64,000 nt of DNA, from assembly GCA_030141605.1 (NCBI GenBank), contig JAQGDQ010000034.1:1-64000 (forward strand). Direction: 5' to 3'. Origin of the DNA: Tubiluchus corallicola. Lineage: Eukaryota; Animalia; Priapulida. The translations under genes and the position numbers were made by a program. This document shows, piece by piece, positions 37,101-48,434 of the stretch (its first letter is position 1; every line of letters starts with the position of its first letter). The notes below the pieces were generated by a model. The model was not told the DNA's origin. It worked only from the letters and a program-made list of their open reading frames with translations, and ran no database searches.

Positions 37101-39859
37101 CATTATGCAGACTTAGACTAAGTTTTTCGTACATTTTTTTTGAATTTCTTTCTAGTTATATCCATGTTTATTTTGACAATTAGATTTTCATTCTCTGATT
37201 TTGTAAGGATATATTTTGTGTACCTTAATATTGCAGTATCAAAGGTAATAATTATTCCTAAAATGACTGCTAAGTCTAAAGAATCATTTACGCTTATTAA
37301 ACCAGGAAAATAAAACCAGGAGCATTCGCAGCCTCAATTTTCTAAACTTGATCAGGTGTGATGAAAAACATGTATGTATAAATAAAATCACGACCTATAA
37401 ATATATCTGTTACATGCAACAGACATTAACTGGACTTGAGTAATACACAGGCAATTTTATATACCGAATTCTTAATCGGAACATCATTAAATGGTCTCCT
37501 TGAAATTTTTTACTGATTAAGGCTCATCGTTATTTCATGAGACAACATCATCTATTTCGAAGTACAAAAAGAAGGGCATGAGTTTTGGGTCCTCTTCCTA
37601 GTTCCTACATCTCATGTAATTTTATGTTTGCTCTATCATGGAAATACAGGAGCACACACGGACATGCATGGATATGCATACAAATACGCATGCATGCACA
37701 TACGCACACACAAACAGTCAAACACGTAGGATAACGTTTCACTTAAAATTTACCAGGCGCTGATTATCGACTTGTTCCTTGTAAAAGATCAGTAGCTTGT
37801 GCAATAGAATCGGAAGTGATGAAGTCGCCATTCCAGTTTTCTTCACATCAATAATTAGGCTATCAAATGCTTGGCGCTGCGTGTTTTTCTAAAGAAAGCA
37901 TTTCGAAATGTTTATAGTAGTAAAGTGATGGCAATATTACAATCTGTGACCAACATGTAGCACAAAATAGGGAAGACAATGGATAAGCTACCTGAAATTA
38001 TGAAAGTAATAGCGTTGCTTGCAAACCAAGATCGTCCATAAGTCAGTACAGTTTAAAACTTCATTATGATGCTTTAAGGTAGGTTGTATCAAAAACTGAT
38101 AGAGCATCAGTCTTTTTTTGTTTTCTACAAATACGAATGCTAAGTATATTGTACTTTTATGTTCTGGCATAACTTGCCAGTAGGTAGCTCTAAAACTACA
38201 TAAATTTCTGTTACAGCATATTACCTGCTTCGCTACCTAATGATTACTATACTATTGCAATTGTGAAAGCTCGACTCCTATATTCAGACTCAGATGGTCA
38301 CTGAAGGACATTTTGCTTACGTTTTTTTTTCTGTTGGCAATCCTAGATCCTCATCTGAAAGAGACATCTACTGGATGTAAACATAACTTCAGTGTTCTTA
38401 CGCAGGCCATAACTATGGCACTCTCTTGTAAGGTTGGTAAGTAACTTTGTAGAAACGTAACAAAAAGCAATGTCAAACTTTAACAGTAATTTTCTAAAGA
38501 TTACGTTTTTCGGTAGGCAGCCAAAATAACCCACCCTCATCAACTTCAATGTATGATTATCTCAGGTTAAAAACAACATAGAGAAATGAGCTTGTTATCA
38601 AAAATAATCCTCACAAAATGGAGATTCATCAGGTTCACACAGGTGAATAATCAGAAAAGCTGAATTGTCAACTTATGGACGTTCTTTTTGGTGCGCAATT
38701 ACACAAGGTTGCCAGTAAAAAACTTCCTATAATTACCTGTTAAATCAGAGATCCGGCACTAGTATTACAATATATGTATTGATATATATATGTTACAAAT
38801 CTCTGCAAGATAATAAGTAATGTGTTTTCATTTTACAGTATGATAACAGGGTATGACATTTACAGTCTACGACTTTTTTAAATTTTGGCAGCGATGACTA
38901 TTATCATTTGTGATTTTAATTGGAAGGTCAGTAACTGTCACTTACTACTGCTATTCGTGCCAACGTGCCTCGAACAAATGCCTGCAAAGTTATACAGCTG
39001 GCGACTTTCAGTCTCTGGTTCTGTAAATGCATGACAAAAAATTCTACATTGCACAAACAGTATCATTTAAAGATCAACTGACCAATACATTTAATGACCA
39101 TTTTACATTATCATCAAGGTAACGAGCTTGACTGACTGAACTGGCATACAGTTGTTGATGTCAAAGAAGTAAGAATATTTACCACAGACTGAATGCTTTT
39201 ATTATAGTCAAGATAAAACAGGCACACACAGTAAACAATCTCACAAGTATAAAAACGACAAAACATGCTAACATTACTATCAAAGTAGCTGCAACTACAA
39301 GAAGGACTTTAACAATGTACCAAAGCTCCTTAACCATTTCTAAACTGTTTTCTAAAAAAACAATTTTCGCAAACCACTGTTCCGTCAACTGAACATTTGT
39401 ACAGTACAAGTAAATGGTTTGATAAACATATTTCCATTTACCAATTCCAAAGTGTCGAGCAAGTTTCATTTTTTAAGTTTGCACTATTCGTAAAGCACTA
39501 TTTAAGTTTTTACATTATTATGCTTTCAGCAAAAAACCTTGCAAAAAGTACCTCTCGTTTTTTCCGTTCACCTTGTGCGCGTTTAATAAGTGCTTCTTTT
39601 TCATCCTGAAAAAAGCAATATTCATGAACCAGTGAAGTCAAAAAATACATGTATCATCACTGTACACAAATACATTGTTAAGTTATCGAGCTCATGTTGA
39701 AAACTCGTTTATCATTGTTGGTACTATACCTGGGGATTACATAACCGTAAGACTAAAAAAAATTAAAGATCTTAAAAAATTACATAATAACACCTTAGTT
39801 GAAGCGCCTCTTAGTGACTGTTGTGGTCGACGTCGATAATCGCCTTCAAAGTGGTACAT
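15257..39859 (-). CDS. UBE3C: Ubiquitin-protein ligase E3C (IQ motif plus C-terminal HECT domain), 24 coding exons
   Basis: Coding exons, all with GT-AG introns and consistent phase: 39859-39794 ([22 protein letters not shown]), 39605-39552, 39020-38946 (IQ motif LQAFVRG), 37888-37754, 36745-36633, 35209-35049, 33988-33835, 33452-33241, 31896-31736, 30641-30457, 29402-29316, 28921-28770, 28138-27936, 25421-25317 (RDTRRPFCP), 24951-24876, 24048-23957 ([13 protein letters not shown]), 22507-22366, 21551-21307 ([13 protein letters not shown]), 20640-20516, 19682-19592, 19329-19231, 18810-18654, 16688-16558 and 15424-15257 ([22 protein letters not shown], with the catalytic Cys). Confidence 0.95.
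15590..15746 (-). mobile_element. tRNA/5S hybrid SINE, diverged copy
   Basis: Minus strand: tagccaagtggttagagc (A box), then aagttaagcaatgccgaagctagtcagtgaatggatgg, which resembles the 5S rRNA internal control region. Confidence 0.55.
15988..16249. repeat. Long imperfect palindrome (foldback, MITE-like) in the last UBE3C intron
   Basis: Arms of ~125 bp (tcattaattaa..aatgtttataaa..taatgagttggagaaagaaa..gctgaaaaat) are mirrored around ~16118. Confidence 0.85.
16928..18139. mobile_element. Putative non-autonomous piggyBac-like element (~1.2 kb)
   Basis: TTAA on both flanks (16924-16927, 18140-18143) and imperfect TIRs ctccttcacgac / atcggggaagcag. No ORF. Confidence 0.45.
18255..18325 (-). mobile_element. 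tRNA-derived SINE head (degenerate)
   Basis: Minus strand gtgcagttagtgg (A-box-like) ... ggttcaaatcc (B box). No intact cloverleaf. Confidence 0.4.
18811..19168. repeat. 56-bp (2 x 28-bp) tandem repeat abutting the acceptor of UBE3C exon 18810-18654
   Basis: Period of 56 bp (gacagagcat at 18961, 19017, 19073). About 5 clean units plus diverged subunits that grade into the exon. Confidence 0.92.
21046..21181. repeat. Degenerate (TAACCC)n telomere-like interstitial repeat
   Basis: Hexamer periodicity taaccc/taaacc/taactc over ~135 bp. Confidence 0.85.
22108..22201. repeat. (GAT)n/(AAT)n microsatellite
   Basis: Directly visible and intronic. Confidence 0.95.
27108..27665. mobile_element. hAT-type non-autonomous element, family B copy 2
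   Basis: Homologous to 5555-6168 at both ends. The 8-bp direct repeat acagtgtc sits at 27100-27107 and 27666-27673. The right TIR tip is missing. Confidence 0.75.
29543..30188. mobile_element. TIR element (MITE), family C copy 1
   Basis: TIRs agggatgttactgaaac / gtttcggtaacatctctg. Body homologous in inverted orientation to 34387-34764. Confidence 0.7.
30970..31264 (+). mobile_element. tRNA/5S hybrid SINE, most complete copy
   Basis: A box tagcagagtgg (30970), 5S-like accgaagttaa..cgccgaggctgataagtgaacagatgagttaac (30998-31044), B-box-like ggttcgatac (31046), short A tail, and the flanking direct repeat ttaaca on both sides. Confidence 0.65.
31386..31642 (+). mobile_element. tRNA-derived SINE with (TTA)n tail
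   Basis: A box tagctcaataag, B box gggttcaactc, body gtcatacaaaagacttgaaaaaatggtac, and 3' part taataatcgggaccaccttggaaat...ttatccttgga..gaaatt followed by (tta)n. The 3' part recurs at 35928-36030. Confidence 0.7.
32512..32697. mobile_element. PIF/Harbinger-type MITE, family A copy 2
   Basis: TTA flanks, TIRs cgacgcactcag / ctgaatgcgctg, and the shared motif aaactcgcaagtgtgaa. Confidence 0.65.
34387..34764. mobile_element. TIR element (MITE), family C copy 2
   Basis: TIRs cagtgatgttaccgaaaatgaaa / ttttcattttggtaacatcactg. Confidence 0.75.
35928..36030 (+). mobile_element. 5'-truncated copy of the 31386-31642 SINE, or the 3' end of its partner LINE
   Basis: Close match to 31525-31625, ending in a TTA-rich tail. 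Confidence 0.65.
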
Positions 39860-39880
39860 GGTTATGGTGTCATTAGAAAC

Positions 39881-40491
39881 CTATGAATATACATATAATA
39901 TAGAAAAGTATAAAAATACGTACAAAATAAACTACTGATTATATATATTGTATAATATAATGTAAAAATATATTTCATAATCAAAATACTTATTTTACCA
40001 ATTTACGATTTACGTTGTGTCACTACAATGCCAATTCAATTAAAATGCTGAGAAACAATAGTGAATGTATAAGATAGACAGTGACAGAGGCATTTCACTG
40101 AATTATCAACACAGAGTTAGAAAAACGCGTAACGGCAGTAAACCTACTATACTAGTAGAAGCCTAGCCTACGATATTTGTCACAATAACATAGATTTATA
40201 ATTCTCACCTTTAAGTCAATATTCGCATTACCGATATTCAAATATAAAAACTTTAAAAGAAATTGACTAACTTACTACTCTAACTCTCAAAAAAATAGCA
40301 AGTCACACTGTCACAAAATCTCCCAATCACAACCAAATAAACAACTTAGGCAATCGCCATCGCCGATCGCTAATCGGAAACTACTTTTGATCGAGGGTAG
40401 GTGGCGCTAGCAATTTTTCGCGTTTTTACCGTTCTCTCCTCGTGTATAGAAATTTTTTGACTTTTAGGCTGATTTTACTGTTAAAAAAGAA
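39881..40491. promoter_or_regulatory. Divergent (bidirectional) promoter and 5' UTR region shared by UBE3C and CCT6
   Basis: The two start codons are 632 bp apart, head-to-head. CpG-enriched patch at ~40350-40445 (cgccatcgccgatcgc, ggtggcgctag). A UBE3C acceptor at 39881-39882 implies an upstream 5' UTR exon, with candidate donors near 40209 and 40275. Confidence 0.6.
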
Positions 40492-42087
40492 ATGTCTGCT
40501 ATAAAATCATTAAATCCGAAAGCAGAAGTTGCCAGAGCAGCAGCAGCATTAGCTGTCAATATAACAGCAGCACGAGGGTTACAAGATGTTCTGAAAACGA
40601 ACCTTGGACCAAAAGGTACGATGAAAATGCTTGTTTCTGGAGCCGGTGACATCAAACTTACTAAAGATGGGAATGTTCTTCTTCATGAAATGCAAATCCA
40701 GCACCCAACTGCGTCACTGATTGCACGTGTAGCCACTGCGCAGGATGATATTACAGGCGATGGAACAACTTCCAATGTCTTGATTATTGGCGAATTACTC
40801 AAACAAGCTGACTTGTATGTCTCTGAAGGACTTCATCCGCGTGTCATAACTGAAGGTTTTGAATTAGCGAAGAACAAGGCACTGGAAGTTCTTGACGAAA
40901 TTAAAATTAGTTCAGAGATGGACAGAGACACCCTTATCAGTGTTGCTCGCACATCTCTTCGCACGAAAGTTCACCAGGAATTGGCTGATGTTTTGACTGA
41001 GATTGTAGTTGATGCTGTGTTGGCGATTAAATTGAGTGAGGAACCAATCGATTTGCATATGGTTGAAATAATGGAAATGCAACACAAGACTGAACTTGAC
41101 ACTAAGCTGGTTCGTGGATTGGTCATGGATCACGGAGCACGTCATCCAGACATGAAGAAGCGCGTGGAAGATGCCTACATTCTCACTTGCAATGTGTCGC
41201 TTGAATACGAAAAGAGCGAGGTGAATGCTGGGTTTTTCTACAAGTCTGCCGAAGAGAGAGAAAAACTGGTTGTTGCTGAAAGAAAATTCATTGAAGATCG
41301 CTGTCAGAAAATCATCGAGTTGAAGAAAAAGGTCTGTGATGGTACTGCCAAGGGATTTGTTGTGCTTAACCAAAAGGGGATTGACCCAATGTCATTGGAT
41401 GCTCTTGCAAGAGAAGGCATTGTCGCGTTGAGGCGTGCAAAGAGGCGTAACATGGAACGGATACCATTGGCTTGTGGAGGTATAGCTGTAAACTCCGTTG
41501 ATGACTTATCTCCTGATGTTTTAGGTCATGCTGGGTTGGTCTATGAGCATGTTCTCGGCGAGCAGAAGTTCACTTTTATCGAGGAGTGTCAAAATCCTCA
41601 ATCTGTTACTATCCTTGTGAAGGGTCCTAATCAGCATACTCTGACGCAAACCAAGGATGCACTTCACGATGGACTACGAGCCGTTAAAAATGCAATCGAA
41701 GATGGTTCCGTAGTTCCTGGTGCAGGGGCATTTGAGATTGCGGCGTACCATGCGCTGACAGAGTTTAGGAACACAGTAAAGGGCAGAGCGAGATTAGGAA
41801 TCCAAGCATTTGCTGATGCATTGCTGATCATTCCCAAGACATTGGCGACGAATTCTGGTCTTGATCCGCAAGACTGCATAGTGACCTTACAACAAGAGTA
41901 TGCTGATAGTAAGACTCCGGTCGGCGTAGACCTGTCAACAGGTGGTGCATTGATTCCGAAAGATCTTGGCATCTGGGATAATTTCAGAGTTAAGAGACAG
42001 TTGTTACACTCCTGTACTGTCATTGCCGGAAATCTTTCGCTGGTGGATGAAATAATGCGAGCAGGAATGTCATCTCTGAAGGGATAA
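40492..42087 (+). CDS. CCT6: T-complex protein 1 subunit zeta (CCT6, TRiC chaperonin), intronless CDS
   Basis: 531-aa intact ORF with [35 protein letters not shown] and the C-terminal [13 protein letters not shown] typical of the zeta subunit. Confidence 0.98.
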   Translation: MSAIKSLNPKAEVARAAAALAVNITAARGLQDVLKTNLGPKGTMKMLVSGAGDIKLTKDGNVLLHEMQIQHPTASLIARVATAQDDITGDGTTSNVLIIGELLKQADLYVSEGLHPRVITEGFELAKNKALEVLDEIKISSEMDRDTLISVARTSLRTKVHQELADVLTEIVVDAVLAIKLSEEPIDLHMVEIMEMQHKTELDTKLVRGLVMDHGARHPDMKKRVEDAYILTCNVSLEYEKSEVNAGFFYKSAEEREKLVVAERKFIEDRCQKIIELKKKVCDGTAKGFVVLNQKGIDPMSLDALAREGIVALRRAKRRNMERIPLACGGIAVNSVDDLSPDVLGHAGLVYEHVLGEQKFTFIEECQNPQSVTILVKGPNQHTLTQTKDALHDGLRAVKNAIEDGSVVPGAGAFEIAAYHALTEFRNTVKGRARLGIQAFADALLIIPKTLATNSGLDPQDCIVTLQQEYADSKTPVGVDLSTGGALIPKDLGIWDNFRVKRQLLHSCTVIAGNLSLVDEIMRAGMSSLKG

Positions 42088-42590
42088 ATAAGTTTCCCTG
42101 CATAGCTAATTCATGGAGTCTGACACACAGACATTTTCAAAGATGTATGCTGGGTAGAAAACTTGAGTCAAAAATTTTGATCGCTACAAATGTCTAAAAC
42201 CTGCTTAAATGTTTCCACATAAAGTCTACTGTTTTCCTTGGTTTCAGATATTCTTGCATTAACAGTACTTTGTAATAATGTGTAATTAGAAGTTATTGTA
42301 AATCTTGATACAAAAATAGCTGCATTGCAATTTTTCACTTGTGCTGTATTACATTGGCATTTGCAATATAAACTGCTAAAATCATATTCTTCATTGTTTG
42401 TTTTTGCATATTTATTGATCAAGTACGCCAACTCTTTATTTTGAAGTAACTGTATTACACAACTATAATTAAGAAATATACAAATACTTGCATTTTAAAT
42501 ATGTGCTTATTTACATTCTACATTGTATACATTATATATATATATATATATATATATTCTAGTAAGAAGGTGGGAACTTTAATAATAAAT

Positions 42591-44953
42591 TCAGATCTCA
42601 CACAGCTTTTGGAGGAGCATCTTGCCTGACTTGTCTGCTCTGTGATAGTAAAACGGCATCGGTCGGCTACAGCATGTTCTGAAGTCGTACTGAAAAGCTT
42701 CTAGAAGTATGATACCAAGCGCTGATTGGTCGTATCTGTGGCAGCAATAGTTATTTGGTGCAGAGAAGTTGCATGGCCTGAGTTTCGACCCAGAAGGCGC
42801 AATGCAATCCTCTCTTAAAGCACATTCAGTCCACGGAGACACAATTGACTGTGAAATAAACAGGGTATTGTACAGCAGGAGAGATGTAGCGTGAATGCCG
42901 GAATATCCTTGTTTTTTGTAGCGTTCTGCTGAAGCATTGAAATAGCTGTACATGCCTGGATGTATAAAGCAGTATAGTGATTCTTTTTGTAACCAGGCAG
43001 TGATACCAGACTTCTTTCTGGTGTAGTCATACAAGGTTCTCAGCCGCTTGCTTCTACCTGGTCGCACCCGAAAGGATGTGTCTATCCAGAAAATGAAGCC
43101 CCAGATTTTAAGTGCCTCCTGTAAACATGTGAATACTGATTACTATTGATTAATGTTGGGCATCTACTATACATCCAGGAATGTGCAACAATACCAATAG
43201 GTCTGGAATGTGCTAAAACCAAATAAAACTGCTGCATAAAACACCCTGCCATTGCAGGATGCGCCACATCTGTCAGATCATTGCACATTTTTAGACATGT
43301 GAACATACACCTTTAGAAGGCAACACTATTTTCCCAGTTAATAATACTTTAGTGATGCCCTTAGTTTTATCACAACATTACTGTACTATGTTTTCATACT
43401 TTTCCCGAAATTTTGCTGAGAGGCTTGCTGATGACGTTGACATTAGCTTATAATAAATATTTTTTACCTTTATGCACCCTGAGAAGCTACCAAATATTTA
43501 TGGGGGGGGCTGCTTATTGTCTTTAATACGATTATAAGATTAGTTCCTCTACCCCACAGCAGGATTGAAATGCCCAAGAAGAATTTACTGAACCAACCAA
43601 ACTGAATATTATACCTGCATACCATGGATTTATGTATTGAGATCTGTTGAAACTGATTATAACCATGCACTCAATTATGGCTTATTCAAGGTCCTCTGGC
43701 TCTGTTTGATCTTGCTACTCTGCTTGCCGATGGTATTTGCTTACAAAATGTGGCACCCTTTAAGGAAGGGATCGAGAACTCAATGGTCTAGGTGCTTCTA
43801 GTGGGACGGGAAACTATCTGGCTACAGTAGTATAGCTGAGCTCATGAGTACCACCAAAACATTTTCTGATGAACTTGTCTTGTTATGATTTAAGTACTTT
43901 AGGCCCGCACATAGTATCAATACAGTACTTACTTGTATAATAAGTGGTTTGAAAGCATAAGTATGTAAGTTTCTTGCATGACTTGGATATTTATTGTAAT
44001 TAAAAAGCTTGTAGTGACAATTTCCACGACAGTAACACTTCATCTGAAAACAAATACAATATGTCATAAGCAGTAACATTCTGTAGCGGGCTAATGGAGT
44101 GCTGAATGTGTTGTGTGTTAATGGATTTGCGGATAATTATCACGGCTAACGTAGTATTTGATTTTCAAAATATCGAAATCCAATAAATGCACGAAGCAAT
44201 ACAAAAAATTCGAAATCTGAAAATTTTGTCCGCAACCACTGGGGCTCGAACCCAGACCTTTTCCTATTCTATACTATACTAACCAAATCTAATAATAATC
44301 CAAATGAAAAAACTGTGAAGTTTGACTCAAAATTTAAGCAAATTGGATTATAGAAAATGAGCCTTTGACAAGTCTTGAGCAAATTATCTTTTAAACACAA
44401 GTCTGTTCAGTTGGTTTTTTAAACTAACCAATTTTCGCTGATTGTCGTTGAGTCCCAAGTCGTAGAAGATGAGAGTGAAGTTACCAGGACCTAGTTCCAC
44501 GTTCAAATTCAGTATCAGTCCTTCCCCTTCTGTGTAGTGGGACTGATCAAACGCAGTGACAAACACTGGTTCTGTCCTTTCGTTGACTTGAGAAGCGTTG
44601 AAGGGGTTCAGATGATACTCAAGATCATTCTCACCGCTGTGGCTTCCCCCAGAATGATCTTTTACACTCGCGGTAAACTCTATGGATGTCTTTAAGTCTC
44701 TGTGAACGATTTCGAGGTGGATTGCTGGCGGTCTTGTTGGCCTCCATCGTCTGCGTTCCAGGAAAGTCAACATCATCACCATACAGAGTATAAATAAATA
44801 GGAGAGTTTCCTTTTATCTTTAAACACGTTGGAGAGTGACATAACGGCACTAGACAGTGTGGATGCTGAAACAAGAATTGAAGGAATGTATGCAATACAT
44901 TGCCAGCGTGGGTTTAAATTGAGGGTCTGGATCATTCGTGACATCATTGTCAT
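42591..44953 (-). CDS. DUF1647-family type II membrane protein (putative glycosyltransferase-like), 3 coding exons
   Basis: Exons 44953-44429, 44043-43933 and 43118-42591 splice in frame (~387 aa; the start may be a later Met). Motifs PVFVTAFDQSHYTE, FYDLGL, YPSH..YAFKPLIIQEAL, FWIDTS, WTECALREDCIAPSGS and CHRYDQSA. Confidence 0.82.
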
Positions 44954-46649
44954 GAAGACGTTTTGCGAGTTTTGATTTAGAACAGCGATTTGTTTAGTTG
45001 CTCTTGAGCTGATACATGCCCATCCTAGTTACAGTCCGGTGTAATGGCCGCTGTTTTTTCTTAAATACGGTCAAACCTCTTTATACTGCCGGCTTTTGCA
45101 CGGGTTTTAGCGAGTTTGGCATTATAACGAGGTGCATAATGACATTGCAAATATTAAATGACATTAAACTTTGTTTTGCTAGAAATTTGGGCGTTAATCA
45201 AGGTTGGCATTACATATGGGGGGGGGGTGTAACTAGGTTTGACTACACGTCCCCAAAATCTCTTTTCGGTACTGATATCACAAATGTTCATTTTCAGTGT
45301 AATTATTGGAACAATCAGTTATTAAAATTTAAGAAAACGCAGAAGAAACCCTTATATATAATTTTAAAATGCAGATCAAAAGCGCTTTAAAGCTGAAAGT
45401 GATTCAGTCTGTAGCAGCCTTTTCTGCAAACTGTTAGTTATAACGACGTGCTGCTCTTACAATTATTATGTTAACAATTACGTATTTCGTTTAATATTAA
45501 ACTAATAATGTACAAAATACATTTTTTTCTCAGTTTTGAATTTCCCCTGTGGCCAAAGTTCCTTCTCTGCATCAACCTGCTACCATTTGAGTTCTGGTTT
45601 AGGATGGGTTTTACGTCTATGAATTACTGTGAATTAAGTTTAGTCACACAAGCTACAATACTAGACACTTAGTATAATCTGCTGTTTGCGTAAACAGTAA
45701 CAATGATGCAGTTTGCCAATTTATCCAGTAACAAAACACTTTGTTAACTTTTACACGACATTGCAAGTAGTGCCAAATACCATATAAAATTGGCCTTGCA
45801 GGTTAGATATTTACTTGTTCTAACCTACTACATGTTTTCACTGGGATTCTACTAGATATTGCAAATGTGTGATTTACCCAGTAAACCACAACGTGTATTG
45901 ATTTTACCTAATTTTACACTACATAACATGTTCTATTCTTTTTAGGCCTATACTATTCATCAATAGTTGCAAGTGCCTATGGAAGTCAAGGTTTTTACCT
46001 AGTGTGAACGTTAGCGAGAAAACATAATCACTACAACTTTGGTGCTTGCTGACACAGGCCTGAATCGATCCTTTGTCCTTCATACATTAGAGTTCGGCAC
46101 TGGGGTTTGGAACGAAAATTTAATATCACTTGTATAAATTATCACAAATGCACTAAAGATGAAGTCGTGGCATTCATTTTGGGCCCACTGGTATCAGAAG
46201 ACAGACACAATTGGTACTTTTATAAACTGTGCGTTCCTACAAAATGACCGCTAAAGGACGGAAACAAAATGTTTAATGTTGAAATTTTCAGTTGCATAAT
46301 TGCTTGCTAGTTAAAGCAACAGGTTTAAAATAACAGGTATATCGAAATTGTAAGTGAAACAATGGTGTGCTATAGCTACGTCAAGATAATTGACAAATAA
46401 AATTTAACGCCGTTTGCTGGCATAACACGTCCAACCTGTTTGTAAGCGAATTAGGAAATTTATACAACCGATGAGGTGCAGAACTGTTCAAATTCAAAAT
46501 AATTCAGCTTAGTTTATCTTTTGCTTATTTGTCGAATTTTACGACCATCGTGCAGTAACGTTGACAAAATTGTGGTCTTTAGCTGTTGAGGTTCTACTCT
46601 CGTGGAGCGTACCAATACATATGAGTATGAAAATATAAAACTGCTGTTC

Positions 46650-46822
46650 GGTCCCCAGTTGTTGAAGCTCTACCACAATGGAGTATACGAATGAATGTGC
46701 AAATCAAGTTTCTGCCAAGATTATGGTCCCCAACTGTTGAGGCTCTACCAGAATGGAGTAAACGAATGAATGTGCAAATCAAGTTTCTGCCAAGATTATG
46801 GTCCCCAACTGTTGAGGCTCTA
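46650..46822. repeat. 75-bp tandem repeat, 2.3 copies
   Basis: ggtcccca.. starts at 46650, 46725 and 46800. Confidence 0.9.
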
Positions 46823-48221
46823 TACGGGGTTGGAGCAGACGGATGCGTATATACCAAAAAAATTCAGACTACAGCGAAAATTGTGATCCATGGTAGTTCA
46901 GGTTTTGCATTGGTGGAGCGGACCAATGAATGTGAAAGGCAATCGCGTTTTCGAAATAAAACAATGATAAAGAGGTTACGCTAATGCGTCATAGTGCTAA
47001 TTATATCACTGCAGTTGTACATAATTGTAATTGGGTGTTATTTGGTAAAATGGACACTCACACTAATCACTTTCAAGGTGGCTGACTCCGTTAACTTTTA
47101 GTTTTTCGTCAACCTTTTGCCAACCAATAAGCGTTTTCACAGTTCCGTTGTGCACACGTCCAATTGCTGCAGATCAAAGGTTAAGTGCACCACAGCAACG
47201 CGTCTTAACTACAACAATTACGTGACATGTGGGTAAAGCAAAGCCGATAGTTCAGTAACTTCAATTGTTTTATGTGGGTTATGCATTATAGTCTGTGCAT
47301 AGAGTGATTTACTAGCAGGATCTTGCTTGGGAACAAGAATAAATGAACATGGTAAGGTTCTAACTTGCTGTTAAAACTGTTACTATTATAACAGCATGTC
47401 TGCGAGATGTTAAGTGTACACAAATGCGTTGTCTGGTACACTTGACCTTTGACCTTTTCACGATCATCATCAATCACTAGAACTGTGAAAAGGCTTATTT
47501 AGCACTATATTTCAGACATATTAATCATAATAATGCGGTTACATTACATTACCATTTTTTATGCACTGTGCTTTTTTAATGTAAAAGGTGGTAATTCACT
47601 TCGAAAGCAATCTATAATTATGTACAGCAGCAGCAGTTACTGAAGTAATGCCATTAATGGACTTGCACACACACACACAGCCCGTTTCCAAAAAGGTTGG
47701 TTTAGTAGTTACTTGTGATTTTTTGATCTTTTTATGTTCACCTGAAGAACTACAGTAGTTCGAAACGTTGCTCCTTCTTTCCGTTTCCTTGATTTTTAAT
47801 TGTAGAAATTTTTATTCGTATGCATTCCCCATTTTCACTTTAAATGCACGTAGTGTGATTTCATTCCATCGGAATGCACAGAAATGGTAAAGGAATAAAA
47901 AAAACGAATGAAAAAAACTAGGCAAAAGTTGTGTTTTCTATTCCTCTGGAAATTTATTACTAATTGTTAGTAATATTTCTCTCAAATAGTTAACTAATCA
48001 TGACTCATTCTAAGTACATAATGAATTTGAGCAAACTTTAACGACACTATTCCCTCAGTATCTAATCAAGAAATCTATTGCTAAGTGCTGACCAACTGAC
48101 ACCAGTCCTCTGAATAGCTACAATCGACATAAAAACAGACCTTTACAGGGTCAGTGGTTTTATATCGTTTACAATTTTTAGCCTAGTGTAGCCATATTGC
48201 ACTGATGTGATCCAGCTCTTA

Positions 48222-48434
48222 CGACCCGTTCATACTACAGAATTTCCTCTCGCAAGTTCTCTCTGAAAGTAAACTCACAGGTGTGAACAGAATGGCAAGT
48301 TCTTGCACAAGAGCTCTCAGCAACTCTCGCTGAGTGTGCATTAACTTGTAGGAGAACTTGGAAAACCGTTTACAATTGCGAGTTTACTCTCAAAGAGAAT
48401 ATGCGAGAGAAAACTCTATAGTCTGAACACGGTA
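48222..48434. mobile_element. PIF/Harbinger-type MITE, family A copy 3
   Basis: TTA flanks and TIRs cgacccgttcatactacaga / tctatagtctgaacacggta. Confidence 0.7.

Noticed and set aside
40464-42023. Antisense ORFs within CCT6 (and likewise within the GPCR)
   Set aside because: Shadow frames of real coding sequence with no recognisable protein features.
44228-44265. tRNA gene (minus-strand gggttcgagcccc B box)
   Set aside because: Only a T-arm-like fragment with no D arm or anticodon arm; probably a SINE remnant.
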